The notes beneath the pieces were generated by a model. The model worked only from the letters and a program-made list of their open reading frames with translations. It had not been told where the DNA came from and made no database searches. From Dubosiella newyorkensis (GTDB lineage: Bacteria > Bacillota_I > Bacilli_A > Erysipelotrichales > Erysipelotrichaceae), in assembly GCF_001945605.1 (NCBI RefSeq), contig NZ_MPKA01000090.1, positions 29,323 through 61,322 on the forward strand: a stretch of DNA of 32,000 nt. Reading direction: 5' to 3'. Both the position numbers and the translations under genes were made by a program. Below, in pieces: positions 24,807 to 32,000 of the stretch. The number at the start of each line of letters is the position of its first letter. Position 1 is the stretch's first letter.

Positions 24807-25226
24807 ATGAGATTCTTTATTATGATGCTTTGGAGCGTGATTTGGCTCCTTCTTCTTTTAGGAACTTACATGGATCTGAAAACGTTTTATGTTCCCGTAA
24901 AACTCATCCTCTTTCTTGTGCTCGATTGGGGGTTGCTTGTCTCTCTAGCTCCAACCTCTTTTTTTCAAGAAGGCTTTATTCCAATGCTCTATGGGGTGTC
25001 TGCTCTGCTGATCTATTGGATCTATCCATGCATGATCGGTTGGGTCGACGTGTTTCTTTTATTCTTCTTTGGGACATTTTTCAATCTCGCCCAAATGCAC
25101 GCGATGGTTTGTGCAGCTTGTATCAGCGGTTTGATGATTACATTTTGTTTCAGGAAGCAAAAGATCCCATTCGTTCCATTTTTGATGCTTGGCTCCATTC
25201 TCTCGATCGTCATGATACCGCTCTAA
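24807..25226 (+). CDS. Minimal A24-family (prepilin/preflagellin peptidase, CpaA/TadV-like) membrane protein
   Basis: The 139-aa polytopic protein has a first Asp box YMDLKTFYVP and a second box GWVDVFLL (a variant of GxGD(V/F)KL). The C-terminal motif is IPFVPFLMLG (compare PFGP(F/Y)L). No Shine-Dalgarno sequence. The overlapping 154-aa alternative frame looks like noise. Confidence 0.55.
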   Translation: MRFFIMMLWSVIWLLLLLGTYMDLKTFYVPVKLILFLVLDWGLLVSLAPTSFFQEGFIPMLYGVSALLIYWIYPCMIGWVDVFLLFFFGTFFNLAQMHAMVCAACISGLMITFCFRKQKIPFVPFLMLGSILSIVMIPL

Positions 25227-25251
25227 AATCGAGTCATGGTATACTTTCGAC

Positions 25252-26547
25252 ATGGAACAAGAACAAAATAAAAAAGTGCGTGGACTCGTATTAGGGGGCG
25301 GAGGAGCAAGAGGTTGTTATGAGGTCGGCGCCTGGCAAGCATTCCGCGAATGCAACATTCATTTTGATTGCGTGAGCGGAACAAGCATTGGCGCGATCGT
25401 AGGCGCGATCTATGTCCAAGGCAATCTTCATGATGCGATCGAATTCGTCTATACCTTGAAGCCAAGTCATATCATCACCAATATGCCGGATCTTCCAGAA
25501 AACTTTGATGAAATCGTGGCGAACAAAGAAACGCTGTTCGCATTCTTTAAATCGTATATCAAAGAGGGAAGCGATATTTCGCCATTAAAAGAGAGGATCG
25601 AACATATGTTCGATTATGACGCGTTTATGGCTTCCAAGATCAACTACGCGTGTATGACCTACAATATCACAAAAATGCGAGGCGAAGCGTTCTTTAAAAA
25701 AGAGATGACTCGACAAGATGCGATCGACATCATTATCGCTTCCGCTTCTTGCTATCCAGCTTTTCCGATCGCCAAGATCAAAGACGACTTATATATCGAT
25801 GGAGGCTTTGAGAACAATATTCCAATTTCGTTATGTCAAGAAATGGGTGCCAATGAATTTGTCGTGATCGATGTCCATGGTCCTGGTCGTGTCAAAAAGA
25901 TCGATGCGAACTTGCAGGTGAAATTGATCCAGCCACTTCTTCCGCTTGGCAACTTTTTAGATTTCATGCCCCAGCAAGCGAAGCGCTCGCTTCATTTAGG
26001 GTATTTAGAGACAATGAAGTATTATAGCCAGTTCTGTGGCTATTTGTTCACATTTACAAAAGAAAGCTGGCCGAAGATCTTTATGATCGAGCAATATTTA
26101 AAGCTTAAAAACCAGAACCACGCATCGATCTTTGTAAAGGGCATCAATGAGAAAGCCTACCAGAAAGTTTTAGGCTACAAGCCTAGTCAGCTGGACTCGA
26201 AGTACAATACGAACGATTACTTTTATGGTCGCCTAATCGAATGTTTAGCATTTATTGCCAATCTAGATCCTGTCATGTTGTATGATTATTCCCAATTTCT
26301 TCAAGAGCTGGATCATCGATTAGAAGCCTTGCCACATCTTGAAGTCCCGGATTCGATCAAATCGATCCACGATTTTATGCACAATCGCAAAAAAGAAGAG
26401 ATCGTCAATCTCTTCCATTTGCTTCTTCAAAACAACAACGGTAAACTGCCGCTTACTTATGAGCCTTTAAAAAACGTTTTTGATGTTCAATATATCCTTG
26501 CTCTTATATGGTACGAGCTGCATATTTATTTAAATGAAATCAGCTAG
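25252..26547 (+). CDS. Patatin-like phospholipase family protein with a C-terminal extension of about 200 aa
   Basis: It has the oxyanion motif GGGGARG, nucleophile GTSIGA (GxSxG) and Asp box YIDGGFENN. Confidence 0.85.
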   Translation: MEQEQNKKVRGLVLGGGGARGCYEVGAWQAFRECNIHFDCVSGTSIGAIVGAIYVQGNLHDAIEFVYTLKPSHIITNMPDLPENFDEIVANKETLFAFFKSYIKEGSDISPLKERIEHMFDYDAFMASKINYACMTYNITKMRGEAFFKKEMTRQDAIDIIIASASCYPAFPIAKIKDDLYIDGGFENNIPISLCQEMGANEFVVIDVHGPGRVKKIDANLQVKLIQPLLPLGNFLDFMPQQAKRSLHLGYLETMKYYSQFCGYLFTFTKESWPKIFMIEQYLKLKNQNHASIFVKGINEKAYQKVLGYKPSQLDSKYNTNDYFYGRLIECLAFIANLDPVMLYDYSQFLQELDHRLEALPHLEVPDSIKSIHDFMHNRKKEEIVNLFHLLLQNNNGKLPLTYEPLKNVFDVQYILALIWYELHIYLNEIS

Positions 26548-27345
26548 TCTTGGATCCAAGTCGACTTCGATGTCGACTTTTTTTGTTTGAATAGGAGAAT
26601 CGAAAACTAGATGCATGCTCTCCAATCCCAGTACACCTGCTTTATGGTTAGGATTATAAAGTCGGTCGTTGACGATCGGAAAGCCAAGATAAGCGGCATG
26701 AACACGGATCTGATGTTTCCGGCCATGAAAGATCTTCGCTTTCAATAAAGTGCGTCCATTCGCTTCTTTGATCTTTTCAAACAGAGTTTCCGCTTCCTTT
26801 CCTTGCGAATATGGAATCATTTTCTTGGCATCATGCCGATCTTTGCCGATCGGTTTCTTGACTCGCTTTTTTGGCCAAGGAAAAAGGCCATCCACGAGAA
26901 CATAATATTCTTTTTCGATCGTTTGATCTCGAAAATGCTTATCGAAAAAATTTTGCAGAAAAGGGATCTTGTTAAAGAGGACAAGTCCGCATGTCGACGT
27001 GTCGATCCGATGACAAGCTTTCGCTTTATATGGAAAGTTTTGAAGCGCTAAATACGAGTTCACATCGTCTTCGAGCGTATTTTCGCCAGACCCATCGCTA
27101 TGGACAAGCTGTCCAAAGGGTTTATAAGCGACAAGGCATGCTTCGTCTTCATAAACAATCTTCGCTTCCTGTTCTTGGAACAGAGGAGGATCGATTTTTT
27201 TGGGAATAAAATCGACATACGACTCCTTTTCTTGGATCGTCCAATTTTTTAATGCGGTTTTCGTGATCGCGTAGCGAGAAAGGATTTCTGTAAGGCTCCC
27301 CTTGACTTTTGTGACTTGGTCAGGATATGTTTTTATTGTTTCCAT
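26530..27345 (-). CDS. RluA-family pseudouridine synthase
   Basis: Catalytic motif CHRIDTSTCGLVLF and GRKHQIRVHAAYLGFPIVNDRLY are present. The 3' end overlaps the convergent patatin gene by 18 nt. Confidence 0.8.
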   Translation of the reverse strand: METIKTYPDQVTKVKGSLTEILSRYAITKTALKNWTIQEKESYVDFIPKKIDPPLFQEQEAKIVYEDEACLVAYKPFGQLVHSDGSGENTLEDDVNSYLALQNFPYKAKACHRIDTSTCGLVLFNKIPFLQNFFDKHFRDQTIEKEYYVLVDGLFPWPKKRVKKPIGKDRHDAKKMIPYSQGKEAETLFEKIKEANGRTLLKAKIFHGRKHQIRVHAAYLGFPIVNDRLYNPNHKAGVLGLESMHLVFDSPIQTKKVDIEVDLDPRLADFI

Positions 27346-27441
27346 AGCTCTAGAATAGCAAGAAGAAATTCATGCAATCAAGTAGGAAGCGATCAGAAAT
27401 ATGAATATAATAGAAACTAGAACAAGAGGAGGTAAAAAGCA

Positions 27442-27828
27442 ATGAAACTCTATAAAGGTAAAAACGGTGAAGTTGTAGAAGTGATCTACGCACCAGAAGG
27501 TGAACTTGATCTTACATTGGGCGGAGAACCAATGGTTGAATTGGTTGCCGATACTACAGATGCAGCTTTAGAAAAGCACGTGCCTGCTGTAATCAAAGAA
27601 GGCGATAAATTACATGTCCAAGTTGGTGAGGTCCAACACCCAATGCTCAACGAGCACTATATCACGAACATTTGGGTCGAATATCCAGATGGAACAGTGG
27701 ACAAAACGACTTTGAAGCCAGGAGAAGAACCTGTAGCTGTATTCGATATCAAAGACAAGAACGGAAAAGTTAGCGTTTACGAATACTGCAATTTACACGG
27801 ACTTTGGAAAAAAGAGATCGAACTTTAA
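27442..27828 (+). CDS. Superoxide reductase (desulfoferrodoxin/neelaredoxin family)
   Basis: Centre II ligands are in canonical spacing: EKHVP, VQHPM, NEHYI, CNLHGLW. The N-terminal region of about 35 aa lacks the desulforedoxin CxxC...CC motif. RBS is GAGGAGG. Confidence 0.85.
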   Translation: MKLYKGKNGEVVEVIYAPEGELDLTLGGEPMVELVADTTDAALEKHVPAVIKEGDKLHVQVGEVQHPMLNEHYITNIWVEYPDGTVDKTTLKPGEEPVAVFDIKDKNGKVSVYEYCNLHGLWKKEIEL

Positions 27829-27839
27829 GATACGAACAG

Positions 27840-27868
27840 GATGTGATCTTAGATCACATCTTTTTTTT
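27840..27868 (+). terminator. Rho-independent terminator after the superoxide reductase gene
   Basis: GATGTGATC-tta-GATCACATCTTTTTTTT. Confidence 0.85.
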
Positions 27869-27879
27869 GAAAGGAAACA

Positions 27880-29115
27880 ATGAATCAAAAAGAACTATTT
27901 AAAAAAGCTCTTCAGCGCACATTCATGAATTATGAAGAACTCGCCGTTTTGACTTTGGTCGGAATCGTGATCGGCTTATGTGTCTCCCTTTTTGAGGTGT
28001 TTTTCGGCTATGGGCTCGAATATATGATCGAAATCCATCATCGAACGAAAAACTGGCTGCTTTTGATCTTGCCTCTAGCAGGGCTCTTGATCGTCTATCT
28101 TTTCCAACATACTGGAAAAGATTGTATGAAAGGAATGAATCTTGTATTTGAAGTTTCTCAAGGCATCAGCAAGCGGATCCCTAAAAGAATGGTCCCATTG
28201 ATGATTTTAGGAACGTGGATCTCAAATCTTGTTGGAGCCAGTGTTGGTAGGGAAGGGGTTGCGATGCAGATCGGAGCAGCGATCTCGGATACATTTTCTA
28301 AACCTTTTCTCAAATATAAAGACGCAAAATCGATTTTTTTGGTGGTAGGGATGGCTGCTGGATTCTCCGGCTTGTTTGGAACGCCTTTTACTGCGATCTT
28401 TTTCGCGATGGAAGTGTTGGTCGCGGGCGTTTTGAAATATCGAGCGATGGCCCCTACGATCAGCTCCTCTTTCAGTGCCGCGTGGCTTTCCTCGAAGTTC
28501 GGGATCTATAAAAAATTTGAAAATATTCAATTTCCTTTTGAGATCACTTGGAAAATGCTTTTAGCTCTCGTTGGCTTGGGGATCTTGTTTGGGATCGTTG
28601 GAGGCTTGTTCGCCTATACGATGAAAAAGGTTAAAAGAGCGATGAAGCGGAAGATCCCGGATCCATACAAACGGATCTTTTATGGGGGCATCGTGATCGC
28701 CATTGTTTTATTTGTATGGAATCAAGGCCGTTACAGTCTGCTTGGTGAAAACTTGATCGATGCGGCCTTGCGGTATGGAACGATCTATTGGTACGATTGG
28801 ATCGGAAAATTCGTCTGCACGATCTTTTGCTTGTCGATCGGTTTCATGGGCGGAGAAGTGACACCGCTTTTTGCGATCGGCTCGAGTCTTGGCTTTATGG
28901 TCGCTTCTTTCTTTGGTTTTCCGCCTGTGATGGGCGCCGCGCTGGGTTATTCGGCGGTCTTTGGGGCGGGAACAAACACGTTCCTTGCGCCAGTCATGAT
29001 CGGGATGGAAATTTTTGGATTCCAATACTTTCCGCTCTTTTTTATCGTATGCGCAGTGGCTCATATCGTGAATCGTCACCAATCTATTTATGCTTTGCAA
29101 AAAAGAGAAGGGTAA
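27880..29115 (+). CDS. CLC-family anion channel/antiporter, probably the fluoride/proton antiporter subtype (CLC-F)
   Basis: It is a 411-aa polytopic protein with no CBS domains. CLC motifs are GASVGREGVAMQIG and GLFGTPFTA. Met replaces the central Ser (KGMNLV), and GREGV, GGEVTP and a C-terminal Tyr (QSIY) are present, as I recall for the MV clade of CLC-F. Confidence 0.8.
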   Translation: MNQKELFKKALQRTFMNYEELAVLTLVGIVIGLCVSLFEVFFGYGLEYMIEIHHRTKNWLLLILPLAGLLIVYLFQHTGKDCMKGMNLVFEVSQGISKRIPKRMVPLMILGTWISNLVGASVGREGVAMQIGAAISDTFSKPFLKYKDAKSIFLVVGMAAGFSGLFGTPFTAIFFAMEVLVAGVLKYRAMAPTISSSFSAAWLSSKFGIYKKFENIQFPFEITWKMLLALVGLGILFGIVGGLFAYTMKKVKRAMKRKIPDPYKRIFYGGIVIAIVLFVWNQGRYSLLGENLIDAALRYGTIYWYDWIGKFVCTIFCLSIGFMGGEVTPLFAIGSSLGFMVASFFGFPPVMGAALGYSAVFGAGTNTFLAPVMIGMEIFGFQYFPLFFIVCAVAHIVNRHQSIYALQKREG

Positions 29116-29116
29116 C

Positions 29117-29145
29117 TTTACACTAGAATTTTTGACCTTTATAAT
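29117..29145 (+). promoter_or_regulatory. Sigma-A promoter of the ABC transporter gene
   Basis: TTTACA (29117-29122), a 17-nt spacer, then TATAAT (29140-29145). RBS AAAAGGAGGAG follows. Confidence 0.65.
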
Positions 29146-29166
29146 GACTCAAAAGGAGGAGTATCC

Positions 29167-31749
29167 ATGCTTCAATGTAGGCATTTAATCAAAGATTATA
29201 TTACGGGAGATGGCTTTGTTAGAGCGATCAACGATTTAAGTGTCAATTTCCGCGATAACGAATTCGTCTCGATTTTAGGCCCTTCCGGGTGCGGTAAAAC
29301 GACGCTCTTGAATATTATCGGCGGTTTGGACAACTATACGAGTGGCGATTTGATCATCAATGGCAAATCGACTAAAAAATACACGGATAAAGATTGGGAT
29401 ACCTATCGAAACCACCGGATCGGTTTCGTTTTTCAATCTTATAATTTGATCATGCATCAAAGCGTGCTTTCCAATGTGGAATTGGCGCTGACTTTGACGG
29501 GAGTTAGCAAAGAGGAAAGAAGGAAGCGCGCCTTAGAGGCTTTGGAAAAAGTGGGCTTGAAAGATCAAGTCGATAAAAAGCCAACTCAAATGTCGGGAGG
29601 ACAGATGCAGCGCGTCGCGATCGCGCGGGCGATCGTTAATAATCCGGATATTCTTCTAGCGGACGAGCCAACAGGAGCGCTCGACTCGAAAACATCCGTC
29701 CAGATCATGGATCTATTGAAAGAGATCGCCAAAGACCGGCTTGTCATCATGGTCACCCACAATCCGGAGCTCGCTCAAACTTACTCGACCCGCATCATCA
29801 AATTGAAGGATGGACAGATCATTTCGGATTCAGATCCAGCCGATCAAGAAGACGAGAAAGACGATAAAACGGCGATGAAAAAGCCGTCTATGTCGTTTTG
29901 GACTGCGTTCCAGCTTTCGCTCAACAATTTGATGACAAAAAAAGCCCGGACGTTTTTGACGGCGTTTGCGGGAAGTATCGGAATCATTGGGATCGGCTTG
30001 ATCATGTCGCTCTCCAATGGTGTGCAGAATTATATCAATTCGGTCGAAAACGATACGATGGCTTCCTATCCGATTTCGATTGAAGACAATTCTCTCGATA
30101 TGTCCGTCTTGATGTCCGCTATGATGGATATGGACAAAGAGGAGGGAAAAGAGCCAGGAGATACGATCCGTTCTAAAAATTTTGCGAACAAGATCATTCA
30201 ATCGATCTCGCAAACGGAAACAAACAATTTGAGCGCATTTAAAACGTATTTGGAAAGCAGCGAAGGAAAAGAGTTTCAAGACTTAGCCAAAGCGATCGAA
30301 TATAAGTATAACACAAATGTGCTTGTTTATAATGATCAAGCGTTGAGCGAGAATAGTCTAGTGCAAGTTTCGCCAAATGGCTTGATGGATCGTCTAGGGA
30401 TGGGTTCGATGATGCAGATGCGTTCACAATTCATGCCTTCGGATATAAATGGGGGCAACGAGGTGTGGCTTCCGCTCCCTAAAAGCAAGACGCTTCTTGA
30501 TGAAGAATATGATGTGGTGGATGGAAGGATGCCTTCAAAATACAATGAAGTCGTGCTCGAAGTCGACCAAAACAACGAGATCACAGATTATGCCTTATAT
30601 TCGCTAGGCTTGATGGATCAAGATGAACTCGTAAAAAACTATGAGGATATTGTTAACGGCAAAACGAAAGAACTGCAAGCGGGAGAGAATGTGAGCTATA
30701 CGAAAGAAGAGCTCTTGAACAAAACGTTCAAGCTTGTTCTGAATCCCTCTTTGTATGAAAAGAAAAATGGAGTCTGGGTCGATCAAAGCGAGAATGAAGA
30801 AGCTTTGAAAAAGATCGTGGCAAATGGCGAGGATATTCATATCGTCGGGATCGTGAAGCCAAAAGAAAAAACGGTAAATTCTCAAAGCATGGGCGGGATC
30901 TATTATGATCCAAGCTTGATCGACTACATCAATGAAAAGAACAATTCTTTTGAGATCGTCAAAGAACAAAAAGCGCATAAAGATATTAATGTCTTTACTG
31001 GACAAGCGTTTAGCGATTCGAGTTTTTCGATCGATGATTTGAGCGACGAGCAGAAAATGATGCTTGCCCAGCTTTCAGAAAGCGAATTGATGGAATATAT
31101 GTCGACCATGAACGCGAACACGAACGCTAGCTATGATTCGAATTTACTTAAACTAGGAGTCTTCGATCCGAACACACCTTCTTCGATCAATATCTACGCC
31201 TCGAGTTTTGAGGACAAAGAAACTTTAGGCGATATGATCACCCAATACAACGAGCTTCAAGAAGTTGAAGGAAAAGATGAGAATGTCATTTCGTATAACG
31301 ATATGATCGGCGTCATGCTCTCTGGAGTCAGCGATGTCATCAATATGATCTCGTATGTCTTGATCGGGTTCGTTTCTGTTTCGCTGATCGTTTCTAGCAT
31401 CATGATCGGGATCATCACCTATATTTCGGTCTTGGAACGCAAAAAGGAGATCGGTATCTTGCGGGCGATGGGAGCGTCTAAAAAAGATGTATCTCATGTC
31501 TTCAACGCGGAAACGTTTATCATTGGTTTGATTTCTGGACTGTTCGGGATCTTGTTCACGATCGTGCTCAATATTCCGATTTCGTTGATTGTAGAACATT
31601 TTACCCAAGTCGAACATATCGCAAGCCTTCCATGGCAAGGCGGTTTGTTCCTTGTTTTGATCAATTTAGCGCTGACAATGCTTGCCGGATTGATTCCTGC
31701 TCGTATGGCAAGCAAAAAGGATCCAGTCGAAGCATTGAGAAGCGAATAA
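29167..31749 (+). CDS. Fused ABC transporter: ATPase plus MacB/FtsX-type permease with a large extracytoplasmic domain
   Basis: Walker A is GPSGCGKTT, the signature is [14 protein letters not shown], Walker B is [14 protein letters not shown]1 ([20 protein letters not shown]) is followed by about 450 aa of soluble region and a C-terminal FtsX domain with three TM helices. Confidence 0.9.
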   Translation: MLQCRHLIKDYITGDGFVRAINDLSVNFRDNEFVSILGPSGCGKTTLLNIIGGLDNYTSGDLIINGKSTKKYTDKDWDTYRNHRIGFVFQSYNLIMHQSVLSNVELALTLTGVSKEERRKRALEALEKVGLKDQVDKKPTQMSGGQMQRVAIARAIVNNPDILLADEPTGALDSKTSVQIMDLLKEIAKDRLVIMVTHNPELAQTYSTRIIKLKDGQIISDSDPADQEDEKDDKTAMKKPSMSFWTAFQLSLNNLMTKKARTFLTAFAGSIGIIGIGLIMSLSNGVQNYINSVENDTMASYPISIEDNSLDMSVLMSAMMDMDKEEGKEPGDTIRSKNFANKIIQSISQTETNNLSAFKTYLESSEGKEFQDLAKAIEYKYNTNVLVYNDQALSENSLVQVSPNGLMDRLGMGSMMQMRSQFMPSDINGGNEVWLPLPKSKTLLDEEYDVVDGRMPSKYNEVVLEVDQNNEITDYALYSLGLMDQDELVKNYEDIVNGKTKELQAGENVSYTKEELLNKTFKLVLNPSLYEKKNGVWVDQSENEEALKKIVANGEDIHIVGIVKPKEKTVNSQSMGGIYYDPSLIDYINEKNNSFEIVKEQKAHKDINVFTGQAFSDSSFSIDDLSDEQKMMLAQLSESELMEYMSTMNANTNASYDSNLLKLGVFDPNTPSSINIYASSFEDKETLGDMITQYNELQEVEGKDENVISYNDMIGVMLSGVSDVINMISYVLIGFVSVSLIVSSIMIGIITYISVLERKKEIGILRAMGASKKDVSHVFNAETFIIGLISGLFGILFTIVLNIPISLIVEHFTQVEHIASLPWQGGLFLVLINLALTMLAGLIPARMASKKDPVEALRSE

Positions 31750-31819
31750 AAAAGATGTTGAAAAAAGCAGAGTTTCAAATGAATGATCAGCACCCTGTCA
31801 AGTAGACACGGGAAATAAT

Positions 31820-32000
31820 TTACTGGAGATCCGCCTCTTTAATAGCACTTGCTATTAAAGAGGCCTTTTTTTTATCTATACCTTCCCAGTATTTTTTGAT
31901 TCGTTTATTCTCTTTGATTGGATACAGTACCGGTTCATCGGTTGCTTTTGCAGCTTCTCTTACTTCAGATGCAGTAAGTCCGTGAAAACGTTCCTGTGGA
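31820..32000 (-). CDS. Possible 3' end of an unidentified CDS entering from beyond the window
   Basis: This is the only open minus-strand frame over the last 180 nt. It reads ...PQERFHGLTASEVREAAKATDEPVLYPIKENKRIKKYWEGIDKKKASLIASAIKEADLQ* with stop at 31820-31822. It is AT-rich and GATC-poor, unlike the core genes. No family recognised. Confidence 0.3.
   Translation of the reverse strand, partial: PQERFHGLTASEVREAAKATDEPVLYPIKENKRIKKYWEGIDKKKASLIASAIKEADLQ
31834..31873 (+). terminator. Rho-independent terminator downstream of the ABC transporter gene
   Basis: CCTCTTTAATAGC-actt-GCTATTAAAGAGG-cc-TTTTTTTT. Confidence 0.8.

Noticed and set aside
24830-25294. 154-aa alternative-frame ORF overlapping the A24-like gene and the patatin start
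   Set aside because: The translation is Ser/Arg/Leu-rich with no features. The competing frame gives a coherent polytopic membrane protein with A24 motifs.
25252-26547. Patatin-like phospholipase as a CBASS-type or other anti-phage effector
   Set aside because: The window has no cyclase/CD-NTase, sensor, or other defence-associated gene nearby. The neighbours are housekeeping genes, and codon and GATC usage is native. It is most simply a YlbK/RssA-like housekeeping lipase with a C-terminal extension.
27829-27879. Fluoride (crcB-motif) riboswitch upstream of the CLC gene
   Set aside because: The gap is only 51 nt and is fully accounted for by a simple terminator hairpin and an RBS. I saw none of the conserved riboswitch elements by eye, and a covariance-model scan is still advisable.
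29830-31793. Several antisense ORFs (61-149 aa) opposite the ABC transporter gene
   Set aside because: All lie inside a CDS with canonical Walker and FtsX features. They lack RBSs and have low-complexity Arg/Phe/Ile-rich products.
1-32000. CRISPR arrays, IS elements, integrases, prophage or toxin-antitoxin modules
   Set aside because: I found no spaced direct-repeat arrays, no terminal inverted repeats bracketing an ORF, and no transposase or recombinase motifs in any listed ORF. The repetitive look of the sequence comes from dispersed GATC/CGATCG strings, not from ordered repeats.

Overview
This is a chromosomal segment from a low-GC Gram-positive (Bacillota) organism. An [FeFe]-hydrogenase homologue and a superoxide reductase suggest an anaerobe. 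The gene order follows the Bacillus subtilis housekeeping pattern: lspA-rluD, rnhC next to mutS2 with uvrC nearby, and tig-lon-engB. I call 26 complete or partial CDSs, one tRNA-Arg(TCT), nine rho-independent terminators and four sigma-A-type promoters. I saw no rRNA, CRISPR array, transposase, integrase or recognisable defence system. Most of the window is ordinary core genome. The parts that merit a second look are:
- An AT-rich, GATC-depleted islet of about 1.9 kb between mutS2 and uvrC. It carries an unplaceable secreted beta-rich protein and a divergent two-helix micro-protein.
- A TPM-LemA-TPM envelope operon. Both TPM paralogues carry an Ig-like domain on the predicted cytoplasmic side and end in a shared ...GGGSGGSW tail.
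- A VanY/M15B homologue that has lost every zinc and catalytic residue.
- A stand-alone repeat protein of the Listeria-Bacteroides type with no signal peptide.
- A 139-aa minimal A24 prepilin-peptidase-like protein with no pilus genes nearby.
- A CLC that looks like the fluoride-exporting type but has no fluoride riboswitch.
- A strong enrichment of GATC confined to native coding sequence.

I cannot show that any of these is a new system. The TPM-LemA-TPM operon and the islet are the best candidates. All family assignments come from motif recognition by eye and need HMM or structure confirmation.
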